IMG/VR virus record: IMGVR_UViG_3300032753_002463
Location: 1-64,000 of that record
Source: a virus
Strand: one strand, 5' to 3'
DNA length: 64,000 nucleotides
Notes under the pieces: generated by a model
Database searches by the model: none
What the model was told of the DNA's origin: nothing
What the model saw: the letters and a program-made list of their open reading frames with translations, nothing else
In this document: positions 41,601-49,670 of the stretch, piece by piece
How the letters are laid out: the number at the start of each line of letters is the position of its first letter
Numbering within the stretch: position 1 is the stretch's first letter
Made by a program: the position numbers and the translations under genes

Positions 41601-43262
41601 AATGGAAAAATAAAATCCTTCTCCTGTAATATCAATTATTTTTGCTGTTACTGGTAAATAAGTAGTTAATAGTTTTTGTTTTAATGCGAATAATTTAATC
41701 AAGACCTCTTGTGGAGAAAACAGAAAGGAATTCTGTGTAACCGGATATCCCCACTCATCTTCCTGATTTGGTATAATTTCATTAATGTCATAAAATAATC
41801 CAAATAAAGGAGTTTTTTTATAAGAGGTAGATGGAAATATTTGTTCCAATGATGATTGAATACTAAAAGTTCCGTCATCATTTGGTCCATAAACTATAAC
41901 CTGCTTATATTTTCCACTATTTTCGTCATCTAATAAATTGTTTATTAGCGTAGATTGATTATAAGGGGTAGCTTGTAAATTATCCAGAAATTTGGAATTC
42001 TGTTGGAATGCAGTTAAATTACTCGAGGAGGATTTTGTTATATTTAACCAATACTCCTTTATAGTTAAATCCTGGTATCCAAAGAAAGTTATTATATTTA
42101 CTAATCCTTTATAAGAACCTAAGTATGGAAATATTTCAGATGCCTGCAAAAGTAATTCCTTTCTTTTTCTATTTAGTATAATGTAATCAGGATATGGCTC
42201 TTCTGGATCACTATCCCTCAATATCCCTGCATCCTCCTTATTAAACTGCTGTCCTATATTTCCTAATAAAACATTCAATCTTTCATCTTCTTCAATTACT
42301 TCCCCTACTAATTCTACCCTTAGTATTGTTACTGGCAATGCTTGTGTTATATCCTCTATTATTAAGGATCTACCAATCAATGCTCCCTGGTCAGAATTAA
42401 GTGCAATATTAATACCTATGCTACTAGAGTTAATGGCCGAACTTTTTCTTACTCCATCTAATACTATATCACCAACAGCCCAAGAAGTCGGAAAATTTAT
42501 TTCCGAGAGATTCAATATAACAGGGGCATCTAATGTTGGATCATTAATAAGATTATATTGATACAATCTACTAGAAACATCATTTGCATCTTCTATTTGA
42601 TAGACGTAGCAATTTTGATTTGCCGCAGTTACCAAAAAAGATTTATTAACATTAATAGTAGTACCAACAATAGATATTATTTTAGTCTCTGCTGGAATTC
42701 CTTCCCCTGTAATATTATATCCCGGGGTAAGTAAAGATAAATCGCTAAAACTTGTCAAATAAGTATTTCCTGCTGTAAAGGACGCAATTATAGAAGGGAC
42801 TTCATCAAAATCTACTATATTATAATTAGTTTCAAATCTTGTTCTCCAAGCAGCAAAAGAAATTGGACCTGTCCCGCTAGATGTGGCATTACCTGATAAA
42901 GTTGCTATGTTATCATTTATACCTAATATAGTTCCAGTAAAATAAGCTGAAAATATATAAGATCCTATTAGGTCACTACTTAAATCACCGGAAAGCGTAA
43001 CAGTATTAGTAGAAATAACAAAAGTCCCAATTATTCCCATTGGATTTCCATAAACACCCGGGGTATCCGAATGAGGCAATCCATAAGTATAATTAGAATT
43101 TATATCTCTTAACTTTTCAACAGCAAAAATATGCTCAACCTCAAATAGGTCTACAGATACCTGTGGTAATAGTATTCTTCCTTCCCAGAATGTTCCATTC
43201 CAAGAAAAATTATGCTGATTTCCACTTTTGTTAAAGAATAATATATTTTGATAAGTACTCAT
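35670..43262 (-). CDS. giant multidomain baseplate / receptor-binding protein (2530 aa)
   Basis: Wedge-like FPYLGSYKGLVNIITFFGY; F5/8-C (EWIQLDL...YSLDGINW...ARYIKI); two-component-regulator-type propeller (GLLSNNVYSICIDE...WIGT); SBBP-like repeats (YIYVTGYFQG); C-terminal PKD-like. Confidence 0.75.
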   Translation of the reverse strand: MSTYQNILFFNKSGNQHNFSWNGTFWEGRILLPQVSVDLFEVEHIFAVEKLRDINSNYTYGLPHSDTPGVYGNPMGIIGTFVISTNTVTLSGDLSSDLIGSYIFSAYFTGTILGINDNIATLSGNATSSGTGPISFAAWRTRFETNYNIVDFDEVPSIIASFTAGNTYLTSFSDLSLLTPGYNITGEGIPAETKIISIVGTTINVNKSFLVTAANQNCYVYQIEDANDVSSRLYQYNLINDPTLDAPVILNLSEINFPTSWAVGDIVLDGVRKSSAINSSSIGINIALNSDQGALIGRSLIIEDITQALPVTILRVELVGEVIEEDERLNVLLGNIGQQFNKEDAGILRDSDPEEPYPDYIILNRKRKELLLQASEIFPYLGSYKGLVNIITFFGYQDLTIKEYWLNITKSSSSNLTAFQQNSKFLDNLQATPYNQSTLINNLLDDENSGKYKQVIVYGPNDDGTFSIQSSLEQIFPSTSYKKTPLFGLFYDINEIIPNQEDEWGYPVTQNSFLFSPQEVLIKLFALKQKLLTTYLPVTAKIIDITGEGFYFSINKPRGWIDTLKIDEISLGLDITISASPQSGYVEDLRAFQTRSNSSLPQLPFVPGYEGNTDSSDFGNTVDLNPYSQSYTPEEASSIADAIIAYHTDLINNNGKFDLGDGDYNGPGYIRYQDNTPYYLPGGFPTVLEVSCFNITMDDVSTTWDNLDTNISTYDTTLSSSADLPAYTGIPLITSNLSFPIQVDSDFLTPLTVTLPVGLTGLLNPLGGKVQLQFMADSNDYFVGEVQSYNNVTGITNLLFLYYVGSGEFTEWNVSITNIFSQRIAMTYYNYTQGSDGLYSWDNLRFVGYYEIEWTISKVGDNPYNYQFRGNLKDYWRIPQILPYIGNYTVKCKIWNSFNDTSTGYFIDYITVEPRNIELTSIARFRQAEIYTWDQMIETWDDYDCQWQFPIEQQNPQPQTSQINLTYSEYGNHYYDGQECNVLTPIPEIKANLNFNLGVVSHQIISISSLYGVGFGPATVTTADAHGISPGDSVFIKDNSTNSITGEYSVLSVTATTFIIPLIIYNTITTVGNYVTGGGSLNISISERSYINVDYDGSIGSTAGTLYSLMNGGTLDPQFTIMNYTPTTVAGISSNVFLYNIIMESPDNTGSAYNGQVINITTTGSLVLNIGDTVLTNSITPALAGGANQTENYIYYSPGDPLPISEMKNWGSKEINWDSFTDISWDQLYSQTWSMYDFHGDWNGGFDLYNIRYGDTIKVGKNNPGVLIGTSTSPGYPMFLYDVANQLNQSQDPGISKFNYQVRGYSRVYGSYDSLGNNLIEDIIAPHITYTQSSVYSGYVAADYTSMTNGSYRELNQTVTSNSSNEWIQLDLNQPMPITSVVIGCDFSSSMTGSWGPTFTQNKSVSYSLDGINWILLFNTGTFTQGIEEFIVNVTARYIKISSPGAHLVVTEFYAMIPFSTGLGPMDEITTTYGSLGFNPTSICRGLYGEIYMADGNNIHVFKSPTNIDLITLSYPGTYLQIDRKGNLWYYGQGAVPLQIIDTNNINNITAFVSETGSITTNSNNIIIPYHFTTANITALAIDDRNRDFAISITFDHATNWLLYYDGDSQEFEIHNTSDGLLSTDIRQMIFDYKDGNKILWIATGNGISLYDRIKFFNYQTNNSGLLSNNVYSICIDEINNKWIGTDSGITYYDGDIWAVWNPGNSAGLLSGEVYSNIITVGHGNIFFTISNGTNYFLGYFNGDDFIRYTNEPGNSVTFAPYLNPGSPASLHRENTWILVNKVKTIDGAYTQYPGNIFYLSSTQALKQIDYVIPHIQATSNFPGNDGWDFIYYNSSRSLPSIELSSPSGIAYGLINFNFLVGPVNGNYILADNFRPNFPFVDGYSWKVPDWAGFDFSQITKNHPELNPDHLFLDAPLRDILNGSAIKEEYWRNSPIERSADKKARDQFSDFEWLISIGDNYQDRGIKIVVGDDGYIYVTGYFQGTIYFGSPNNINSGSTTTINSPNCISVFVAKYNSVGIIQWVRMYGEPNPPYGEDFIPSSIKLDRLGNVYVVGYKQKNGNNLSSEQPSNFLIRWDWNGTFIGFTELFTPSASTTYNENIDIVVDDANNLYIAGEFNGTLTSGVWSITSSYGPSLNEIYIANVDSNGNVIYLRKIESGKPEYSPSLALGNYNDLYIAYYNKDINGQNILLSSYNSLTFTSNWTNIISNTDFIRTSLSPIIKLSTNGELVLGVSFNGTLTLNKTSISCPDSLEYGIFKFLTTGNFIFAKNVGSSLGDCLHDIDIDSEGRIYMLGSYTGSFSPDNNYQPFHENSVGASDVLLIKLEIDGTIIDITTIGSISADEGLSISLDTEENIYLTGYLSGSIITGDLLISPNPTGNNNLFVGKIPHQSYIPGKSFAGPVSWLGTQSWGYSDKRIYKGEFEIPIGTPVFINPLDSNIPGKKNHEWQLIEQSTGNVIVDVKDVPYFIWTFTVPGYFDLVITIEDTNGNIYTTTKNAYIRVVDHSAIFNGETVPHIINSNDFRDQAIYPY

Positions 43263-43534
43263 TATCTTACATGTTTGTTATTTTTAGAAACCATAAAATT
43301 CTTATAATTCCTAATCATCTTTGCTGATTCTATTAATCTATAAACCACTTTTTCTAATGATACTAAAATAGCTGATCTATTAGCATCCCCGTTATAAGTA
43401 ATATTAGATAAAGAATTAGCAAATATATTACCTTCATAATTATAACCTGCATTAGGTATATTATCTTTTTGGGTAGCCATAAATTCATAATAGCTTTTCC
43501 TACCAGTAACGAATATGTATTTCTTTTTTTTCAT
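43262..43534 (-). CDS. hypothetical baseplate-associated protein
   Basis: 90 aa, coupled between the gp6-like gene and the giant gene. Confidence 0.65.
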   Translation of the reverse strand: MKKKKYIFVTGRKSYYEFMATQKDNIPNAGYNYEGNIFANSLSNITYNGDANRSAILVSLEKVVYRLIESAKMIRNYKNFMVSKNNKHVR

Positions 43535-45250
43535 TTAAGAGGATTTTATAGATGCCTTATTAATAGCGTTTATTTGCGTGTTATAAGTCACGGGCGTTAC
43601 GCTAGATATTTCAATGTTAACTGAAGAAAGCTTCGTTAAATCAGCTCCTACGTCATAATACACGCCGTTACTGTCACTCCAGCCTCCCGAGATTATTATA
43701 ATTTCATTTTGATCTATAACTATATCACCAAAAGAATTTAATCCCTGTAAAACGCTCCTCCTTGGATCAGTTTCTGGTAAATTAGCTACGGAAAGTTGAT
43801 AATTTTCATTCTTCTGCGAAACAAAGAAAATCATTACCGAATCAACACCAGGAATAGATTCTACTAATGCAATCAAATCAGACCTTGGTATTATATCCCT
43901 TCTTCTAATAGAAAGGAAATATTGGCTATAAGTGTCTATGATAGTGTTCATTATTGTATCTGGATCATATCCTTCAAAAATAGTAATAATAGTATTTATT
44001 ACATATAATGAGGTAATAGGATCTACTATCTGTACTTCGGTACCTACAATCTTTTGACCACTCATTTCTATTACATTTAATATCGAGCTTTTTTGATAAT
44101 CAGTGAGTGTAAAATCACTCACCTGAAGATTAAAGTAATTCTCGTTAGTAGTTAGTAATTGAGTAACATCTGGTACGAGTAAAACATAAATAATACTTTG
44201 ATCGTCAATATAAACACTATTAACATTATTATATGCTTCTATAATAGAGAATGTCCCATATTTTTCAAAAAAAATAATATAGCTATCTGGATTTGCTAAA
44301 ACATAGGATCTTGATGTTTTAGGAGCTAGTATTCTTGTTAAAGCAACATTTTCCTGATTTGATCCTAATTGCGGTGGGATAACACAAGAAACATTTAGAT
44401 AATCTTTTAATGTAATAGAATTACCAAATATATCTATTCCCGTGTCATTAAACTCGAAATTAATCTTTGTCGGATCTGCGTTAATATTACCAGCTAATCC
44501 CAGAGTTTCTAAATATTGCACGGTAATTGTAGCCCCGTTTATTGGCATAGTTCCATTATTTCCATTTCCAAAAATAATATCTATTCCTTGGTTAATAGAG
44601 GTCCTCACTAGGACCCCATTATAATTATATGGTATATCATATAACGAATCATAAGTTTGATAAAGAACATCATTAACATAAACATAAACTTCTGAATTTT
44701 CAATGGATCCTGTATATCTTTCTGCTACATTATATGTTTGTAAAGGCAAGCCAGTACCAGTAAATCCTGCTGTCTTTACAATGCCCTGTATTATCTGGGC
44801 ATTATAGCTAGAACTGCCGCTTAAATTAAATCTTATAGTATCCTGTGTTAACATTAGTACATATTGAGATCCACTATCTGTAAATTGTATAACTGCCTTA
44901 TTTGGAATTAATATTGCATTTCCCCCAACATCAGTAGTATCTGCATTATTCCAGGTTATTTGCACTTCTCCCATTGCAGAACCAGCTCTTGTTGCAAAAT
45001 GTCCTACACTAGCTGCTATTCCATAAATGGAGGATTCCCTTGTAGCAGTATTAATATTTAATTCAGTAATAGAGTCCTCTATAAAAAAAAGAATAAATTG
45101 AACCAAATTTTGTAACACAAAGATAATTTGTCCCCAAACAGAAGCAACAGTAAACATTTGGCTACTTTGAGAATATCGATCCTGTACTATTTGCATTGTC
45201 TGAGCAAGCAGAGATTCTATTTTAGCCTGACTTTTATTAAATAAATCCAT
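43535..45250 (-). CDS. baseplate wedge subunit (T4 gp6 / baseplate J-like)
   Basis: TATRESSIYGIAASVG, IIFGNGNNGTMP..GATITVQYLET.G..GN, APK...VLANPDSY. Confidence 0.8.
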   Translation of the reverse strand: MDLFNKSQAKIESLLAQTMQIVQDRYSQSSQMFTVASVWGQIIFVLQNLVQFILFFIEDSITELNINTATRESSIYGIAASVGHFATRAGSAMGEVQITWNNADTTDVGGNAILIPNKAVIQFTDSGSQYVLMLTQDTIRFNLSGSSSYNAQIIQGIVKTAGFTGTGLPLQTYNVAERYTGSIENSEVYVYVNDVLYQTYDSLYDIPYNYNGVLVRTSINQGIDIIFGNGNNGTMPINGATITVQYLETLGLAGNINADPTKINFEFNDTGIDIFGNSITLKDYLNVSCVIPPQLGSNQENVALTRILAPKTSRSYVLANPDSYIIFFEKYGTFSIIEAYNNVNSVYIDDQSIIYVLLVPDVTQLLTTNENYFNLQVSDFTLTDYQKSSILNVIEMSGQKIVGTEVQIVDPITSLYVINTIITIFEGYDPDTIMNTIIDTYSQYFLSIRRRDIIPRSDLIALVESIPGVDSVMIFFVSQKNENYQLSVANLPETDPRRSVLQGLNSFGDIVIDQNEIIIISGGWSDSNGVYYDVGADLTKLSSVNIEISSVTPVTYNTQINAINKASIKSS

Positions 45251-45252
45251 TT

Positions 45253-45630
45253 TTATAACACTTTTATTCCCAAAACAGGGTTATTTCCTATAGCAAATTC
45301 TATTACACATGTATCCCTAGCAACACCTTGGTAAAATCCTATTTTAAAGTTCACATCTAATAAATCTCGGGATGGAGGACAATATGTATATAATTGTAGA
45401 GCAATTGCTTGTTGTAATTCGGCCTGGGACACATCAAAATCAAATAACAAAGATTCTAGATTAACCCCAAAATTTGGATCCCCTAATACTTCTCCTGGAC
45501 TAGTAAGCATTATCTGCTTTATCATACCAATCGTAATTTCTAATATATCACTGGTTTCCATTTTCCCTGTAATGTAATAGGGGTCATCAGGAGTTCTAGG
45601 ATATATTTCTGCAAATCTAGACATATACAT
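45253..45630 (-). CDS. baseplate wedge / sheath initiator (gp25-like)
   Basis: IMLTSPGEVLGDPNFGVNLESLLFD is the GPW/gp25 signature; AATATATA at 45631-45638. Confidence 0.85.
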   Translation of the reverse strand: MYMSRFAEIYPRTPDDPYYITGKMETSDILEITIGMIKQIMLTSPGEVLGDPNFGVNLESLLFDFDVSQAELQQAIALQLYTYCPPSRDLLDVNFKIGFYQGVARDTCVIEFAIGNNPVLGIKVL

Positions 45631-45688
45631 TATATATTCAATCCTTTTAGAACCCTTAGTTTTGTGTTGCTATTGAGGTATATAGAAT

Positions 45689-45931
45689 ATGGAAAAATAT
45701 GGTTATAAAAATATTGCTCATAGGAATGAGTTTGAAAAGAACACAGAAAAATTAGGAAAACATCAATTTTCTTATAATTCAGGTAAATATATAACTCACT
45801 ATGATTTTGTTAATTGGGGCGACCAACAAAAAAGTGGTATTCCTGGACAATCTAACTATACTATTAAAACATTAGATGCTTTATTAAATGCTAGTGCAAT
45901 AGTTTCCGGCACAGATATTAAGAAAAAATAA
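45689..45931 (+). CDS. short hypothetical ORF, possibly a remnant of a decayed gene
   Basis: 80 aa intergenic ORF on the opposite strand, followed by about 160 nt of interrupted frames; MEKYGYKN resembles KYG repeats of mobile endonucleases. Confidence 0.35.
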   Translation: MEKYGYKNIAHRNEFEKNTEKLGKHQFSYNSGKYITHYDFVNWGDQQKSGIPGQSNYTIKTLDALLNASAIVSGTDIKKK

Positions 45932-46095
45932 ATATCTTCATAGTCGAATTCTTTTGACAAAACTATGCTAAAAATATTACAAGTGTAATAAGGCAGGCAA
46001 TGATTCATTAGTAGAGCAAAACAAATCAATAATCTTTACTTTTTATGAAGGTGTTATATGCAATGTAAGTTCCCCACATAGTTAAGATTCTTTAT

Positions 46096-46866
46096 TTAGT
46101 TCCACTGTACTATATAGTAAGGAGTATTTTCATCATTAATCATTTTCATTACCTCGTCTAATTCTGCTTGGCCAACAGTTGTAATAGCCGCAGTGTTAAT
46201 AGTAATTCCACCAGGTAATGTATAGCCAAAAGTTCCTAACAATCTACCGATGTTTATTTTTGCTTTTGCAAGTACATACCTCACGAATAATTCATCAGAA
46301 TAAAGATTTTCATCAGGAATAGCAATACCCGCTTTAATAACGACATCACAATTATCCCCCGTTAAACCATTAATATTTGCAGACCCGGGGTCTCTACCTA
46401 ATATTGTAAGTAATTTGGTATTTTTATTATATCCATAGGCATATGTTTCTAATAAATATGCTTTCGCTAAATCAAAAAATGAGTATAAAACAGTTCTGTA
46501 AACCAAATTATCACCAACAAATGGGCTTAACATTAATTCAGATCCTAATAATTTAGAATCTCCAAAGTCCTTATCAGGAGTACCAGTCAACCCAGATCCA
46601 TCTACTTGTCTTACTTCATAAACACCAATAACACAATCTGGTAATTGTACAGAACGAGTTGCAAGGAATTGAGGATGTCCAAATAATTCATTTTTTAAAA
46701 CTAAAAATCTATCTTCTACTGCGTATTGATAATTATCCAAAAACCAAGCCCTTGCCCTTTTGATTATACGCTTGATCTCCTGGTCATTTAAGGAGTAAGG
46801 AAGCGCGCAACTGTGGCTGATATCGTCCTTAACTTCCTGAATCAAATTATCGAGTGTTGTTATCAT
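46096..46866 (-). CDS. neck / head-tail connector protein (gp13-like)
   Basis: VQLPDCVIGV, YGYNKNTKLL, FVRYVLAKAKINIGRLLGTFGYTLPGGITIN resembles the gp13 C-terminus (LPGGVTLN). Confidence 0.7.
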   Translation of the reverse strand: MITTLDNLIQEVKDDISHSCALPYSLNDQEIKRIIKRARAWFLDNYQYAVEDRFLVLKNELFGHPQFLATRSVQLPDCVIGVYEVRQVDGSGLTGTPDKDFGDSKLLGSELMLSPFVGDNLVYRTVLYSFFDLAKAYLLETYAYGYNKNTKLLTILGRDPGSANINGLTGDNCDVVIKAGIAIPDENLYSDELFVRYVLAKAKINIGRLLGTFGYTLPGGITINTAAITTVGQAELDEVMKMINDENTPYYIVQWN

Positions 46867-47525
46867 ATTATAGTATTTTTATTTTTCATTGATATGGAAA
46901 TTTTTTCTTTAGTGGATTCACTTAATTTTTTACCTTTCCCATTTCCTTTTTGTGCTAATGACATATTTTTACGTGCTTCTAAAGTTCTCTTTTTACCTAG
47001 ATGTGATAAACCGATTTTATTTTTATGCTCTGCTGTTAATTTTAAACCGGTCCTATCTAAACATTTTTGCTTGCAAATCTCTTTATTTAAACTAGATATA
47101 GTATTTCCTTTATTACCTACGGAGATCTTGGTTTTATGCTCATCTGATAATCTTCTACCTAAATTTTTACCTTTTGATGCAATAGACATCCTTAATTTAC
47201 TTTCTTCTGAATGCCGATGTGATCCATATGGATTAGTAGGCCTAATATTATATCCATATGGATCTTTATGCGCATATAATAGATTAGCCCAATAATGTTC
47301 TTCACTATTTAGATATAATTCTTCACATTCTATTAATAATTCATGAATGAAATTATCCTCTCCATACTTATTCCATGAATTTTGCAATTTTATGTTTCTA
47401 TGCTTACCTTTTCTTAAACTTATTAGATGTGTTTTCCATCTATAATGGATATCAATAGCTTGGCCTAAATAAATTTTACCGTTTATTTTATTAGTTATTG
47501 TATAAATTCCACAAATCTTTTCCAT
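46863..47525 (-). mobile_element. free-standing GIY-YIG homing endonuclease gene with NUMOD3 repeats
   Basis: CGIYTITNKINGKIYLGQ...RWKTH...KYGEDNF...GYNI; five repeats (HSEESKLRMS, LSDEHKTKIS, LTAEHKNKIG, RTLEARKNMS, LSESTKEKIS). Confidence 0.9.
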
Positions 47526-47529
47526 ATAT

Positions 47530-48096
47530 TTAAAAATCTAATAATTTTATATTTCCTTCTCTATCTATGCCAAAATTACCATTATGAAGATCCAAATTAT
47601 TTTGTAATGGATAATCCCCTAATTTTAATCTAATAAGATCCAAGAAATTTGTCCATCTTTGACAAATTTCTTCAGGTATAGATCTTAATATTTTTTGTAA
47701 AACAGGAATATCATATATTTCAGAAATTATCCATCTTGGTAAAAGCATGGGGGAAGGCAATAACTTTGCACCCACAGCAGCATATTTATCCTCAGCTAAC
47801 TTTAAGTGAATCAACTTAGAAATTATTTCTATATCTTTTTTTGCAGCTTCCGTATCCAATTTTTCTATTGCTGCCCTTTTTTTACTTAATCTTTTTACAG
47901 CAGGGAAAATTTCTGGAAATTCCTTCATGGTGTTAATATGGTGATCAAAATCTAAAATTGAATATTCGCTTTCGCCCCTTTCTACGGGTTTAGGCATTTT
48001 TAGTATCCAATCATTATCTATATCATAGACGTTGTGATATGCTCCAACATCACCTAATTTATCCATATAATCTTCAAATAGTGAAAGGTGCTTCAT
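47530..48096 (-). CDS. minimal protein-kinase-like protein
   Basis: LGDVGAYHNVY (Gly loop), WILKMP (Lys), LDLHNGNFG (catalytic loop), terminal KLLDF; N-terminal MKHLSLFE. Confidence 0.7.
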   Translation of the reverse strand: MKHLSLFEDYMDKLGDVGAYHNVYDIDNDWILKMPKPVERGESEYSILDFDHHINTMKEFPEIFPAVKRLSKKRAAIEKLDTEAAKKDIEIISKLIHLKLAEDKYAAVGAKLLPSPMLLPRWIISEIYDIPVLQKILRSIPEEICQRWTNFLDLIRLKLGDYPLQNNLDLHNGNFGIDREGNIKLLDF

Positions 48097-49563
48097 TTAT
48101 CTAAATGTATTATTTGTGTTTGAATTTCTATTTGGATATAATTTATTAGCATTAAATTCTGCATCCTTGTCATTTAAGTTTATAAATTCATCATCAGATT
48201 TGGCATCAGAGTAATTTCTGTCCATGAATTCATTTCTACCAGCCATTTTATCTTTTTTACCTTTAGCATCAAGGAGCTCTGGAATAATTTCTGTTGTATC
48301 GGATATTTCTGCTCCTTTTCCAATATATCCAGATCTAATAATTCCCCCGATAATTTTGCAATTAACATCTTTATCTCGTGCATCTATATAACAATGGCTG
48401 AATTCACTTCCTTGATTTAGATCACAATTAGTAACTTTTGAGTTCATTACATCATTATTGGCAACAAAGGAAGAATCCTCTATTTGACAGCCATCTAATT
48501 TACATCCAAATAAACGACAATGAGAGATATTACCACTAATTGTGCAATCAATGAGATCTAGCTCTCGTAGAAGATTAGCTTTATTAGTTTTTCCATCTTT
48601 TAATTGGTATTTAGATATTTGGGTGTCATAGTTTAAATAACCGGAAGAAATACCATTATCCACAATAATATGATATAGAATATCCCTTAATGAATTGAAA
48701 TAACTTTTGATTATTTGGGGATCATTTCTTAAATCTATAAAAACCTTCAAATCCGGATAATTTCTAATAAATGCTTCCGAATCCAAAAATGTTTCCGATG
48801 ATTTGTATATTTCGTCAATAATTTCTTTTAGCTCATCAATCTCATCTTGGGAAAAGGAATCATTATTTTTTAGAACTTCAAAAGTAGTTCCAATAATATA
48901 ATCCATGATTTCCTTAATTTCTACATATTTCTTTTGGTAATCCTCTCCCCCCATGTATCTTACTTCCATATACCCTTCTTCTAATTTAAGAAGATTGACC
49001 CCCATATTTTTTTCTGTATGTACAGCATACGAATTTCTGTCCAGCATAATATCTTTTCCTCCTTTTACGAATTTATTTACTGGAGTAATTCTCTTAATGC
49101 TCTTTGCATATAAACAGCCCTTTCTTCTTGGAAACCTCTTCCAAATAAAATCTTCATCTATACTTAATACAAACTTGAGGGGGTTTAAATTTTTAAACTC
49201 GATCATAGGGGGATACTTATCCCTATCGAAGTCTAGACCAAATTGGAATGCACATTTTTCATCTGTATAACCATATTGATCGATCCATTTCAAAATTCTA
49301 ATTAAAAGAGGGATAGCTTCAAAATAATTCATTGGTCCTGTAACTAATTCCACCATTTTAACCCCGCCTGAAAAATCGCTTTCTAATTTAAAAACATTAG
49401 AATTTGGCTTGAATTTGGAATGATAGCGATCAAAAACCTTAATTGTTTTACCAATATACTTTCCTAATTTTTCAGCGATTTCCCCTTTCGTAAATTTAGA
49501 GTAGAATTCGAATTCGAATCCCACTCTTGCCGAATAGAAAAAACTTTTATCTAAAATAACCAT
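48097..49563 (-). CDS. amidoligase (COOH-NH2 ligase type 2)-like protein with a C-terminal beta-helix-like region
   Basis: RVGFEFEF, SDFSGG..VELVTGPM, YMEVRY; expected CGLHxH reads CAFQFG; Cys-periodic repeats CTISG/CRLFG/CKLDG/CQIED. Confidence 0.6.
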   Translation of the reverse strand: MVILDKSFFYSARVGFEFEFYSKFTKGEIAEKLGKYIGKTIKVFDRYHSKFKPNSNVFKLESDFSGGVKMVELVTGPMNYFEAIPLLIRILKWIDQYGYTDEKCAFQFGLDFDRDKYPPMIEFKNLNPLKFVLSIDEDFIWKRFPRRKGCLYAKSIKRITPVNKFVKGGKDIMLDRNSYAVHTEKNMGVNLLKLEEGYMEVRYMGGEDYQKKYVEIKEIMDYIIGTTFEVLKNNDSFSQDEIDELKEIIDEIYKSSETFLDSEAFIRNYPDLKVFIDLRNDPQIIKSYFNSLRDILYHIIVDNGISSGYLNYDTQISKYQLKDGKTNKANLLRELDLIDCTISGNISHCRLFGCKLDGCQIEDSSFVANNDVMNSKVTNCDLNQGSEFSHCYIDARDKDVNCKIIGGIIRSGYIGKGAEISDTTEIIPELLDAKGKKDKMAGRNEFMDRNYSDAKSDDEFINLNDKDAEFNANKLYPNRNSNTNNTFR

Positions 49564-49599
49564 AGTTTATAAGAGGGCCATATACTATATAGCATTTCA

Positions 49600-49607
49600 T
49601 ATATATC
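49600..49607 (-). promoter_or_regulatory. putative late promoter GATATATA
   Basis: Between the terminator at 49624 and the amidoligase-like start. Confidence 0.6.
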
Positions 49608-49623
49608 TTTATTTGTACACAGC

Positions 49624-49652
49624 AAAAGAGACCTAAAAATAGGCCTCTCTTT
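49624..49652 (-). terminator. rho-independent terminator
   Basis: Minus strand GAGGCCTA-TTTT-TAGGTCTC followed by TTTT, after the gp21-like gene. Confidence 0.65.
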
Positions 49653-49670
49653 ATATACAAACCTTTAATC

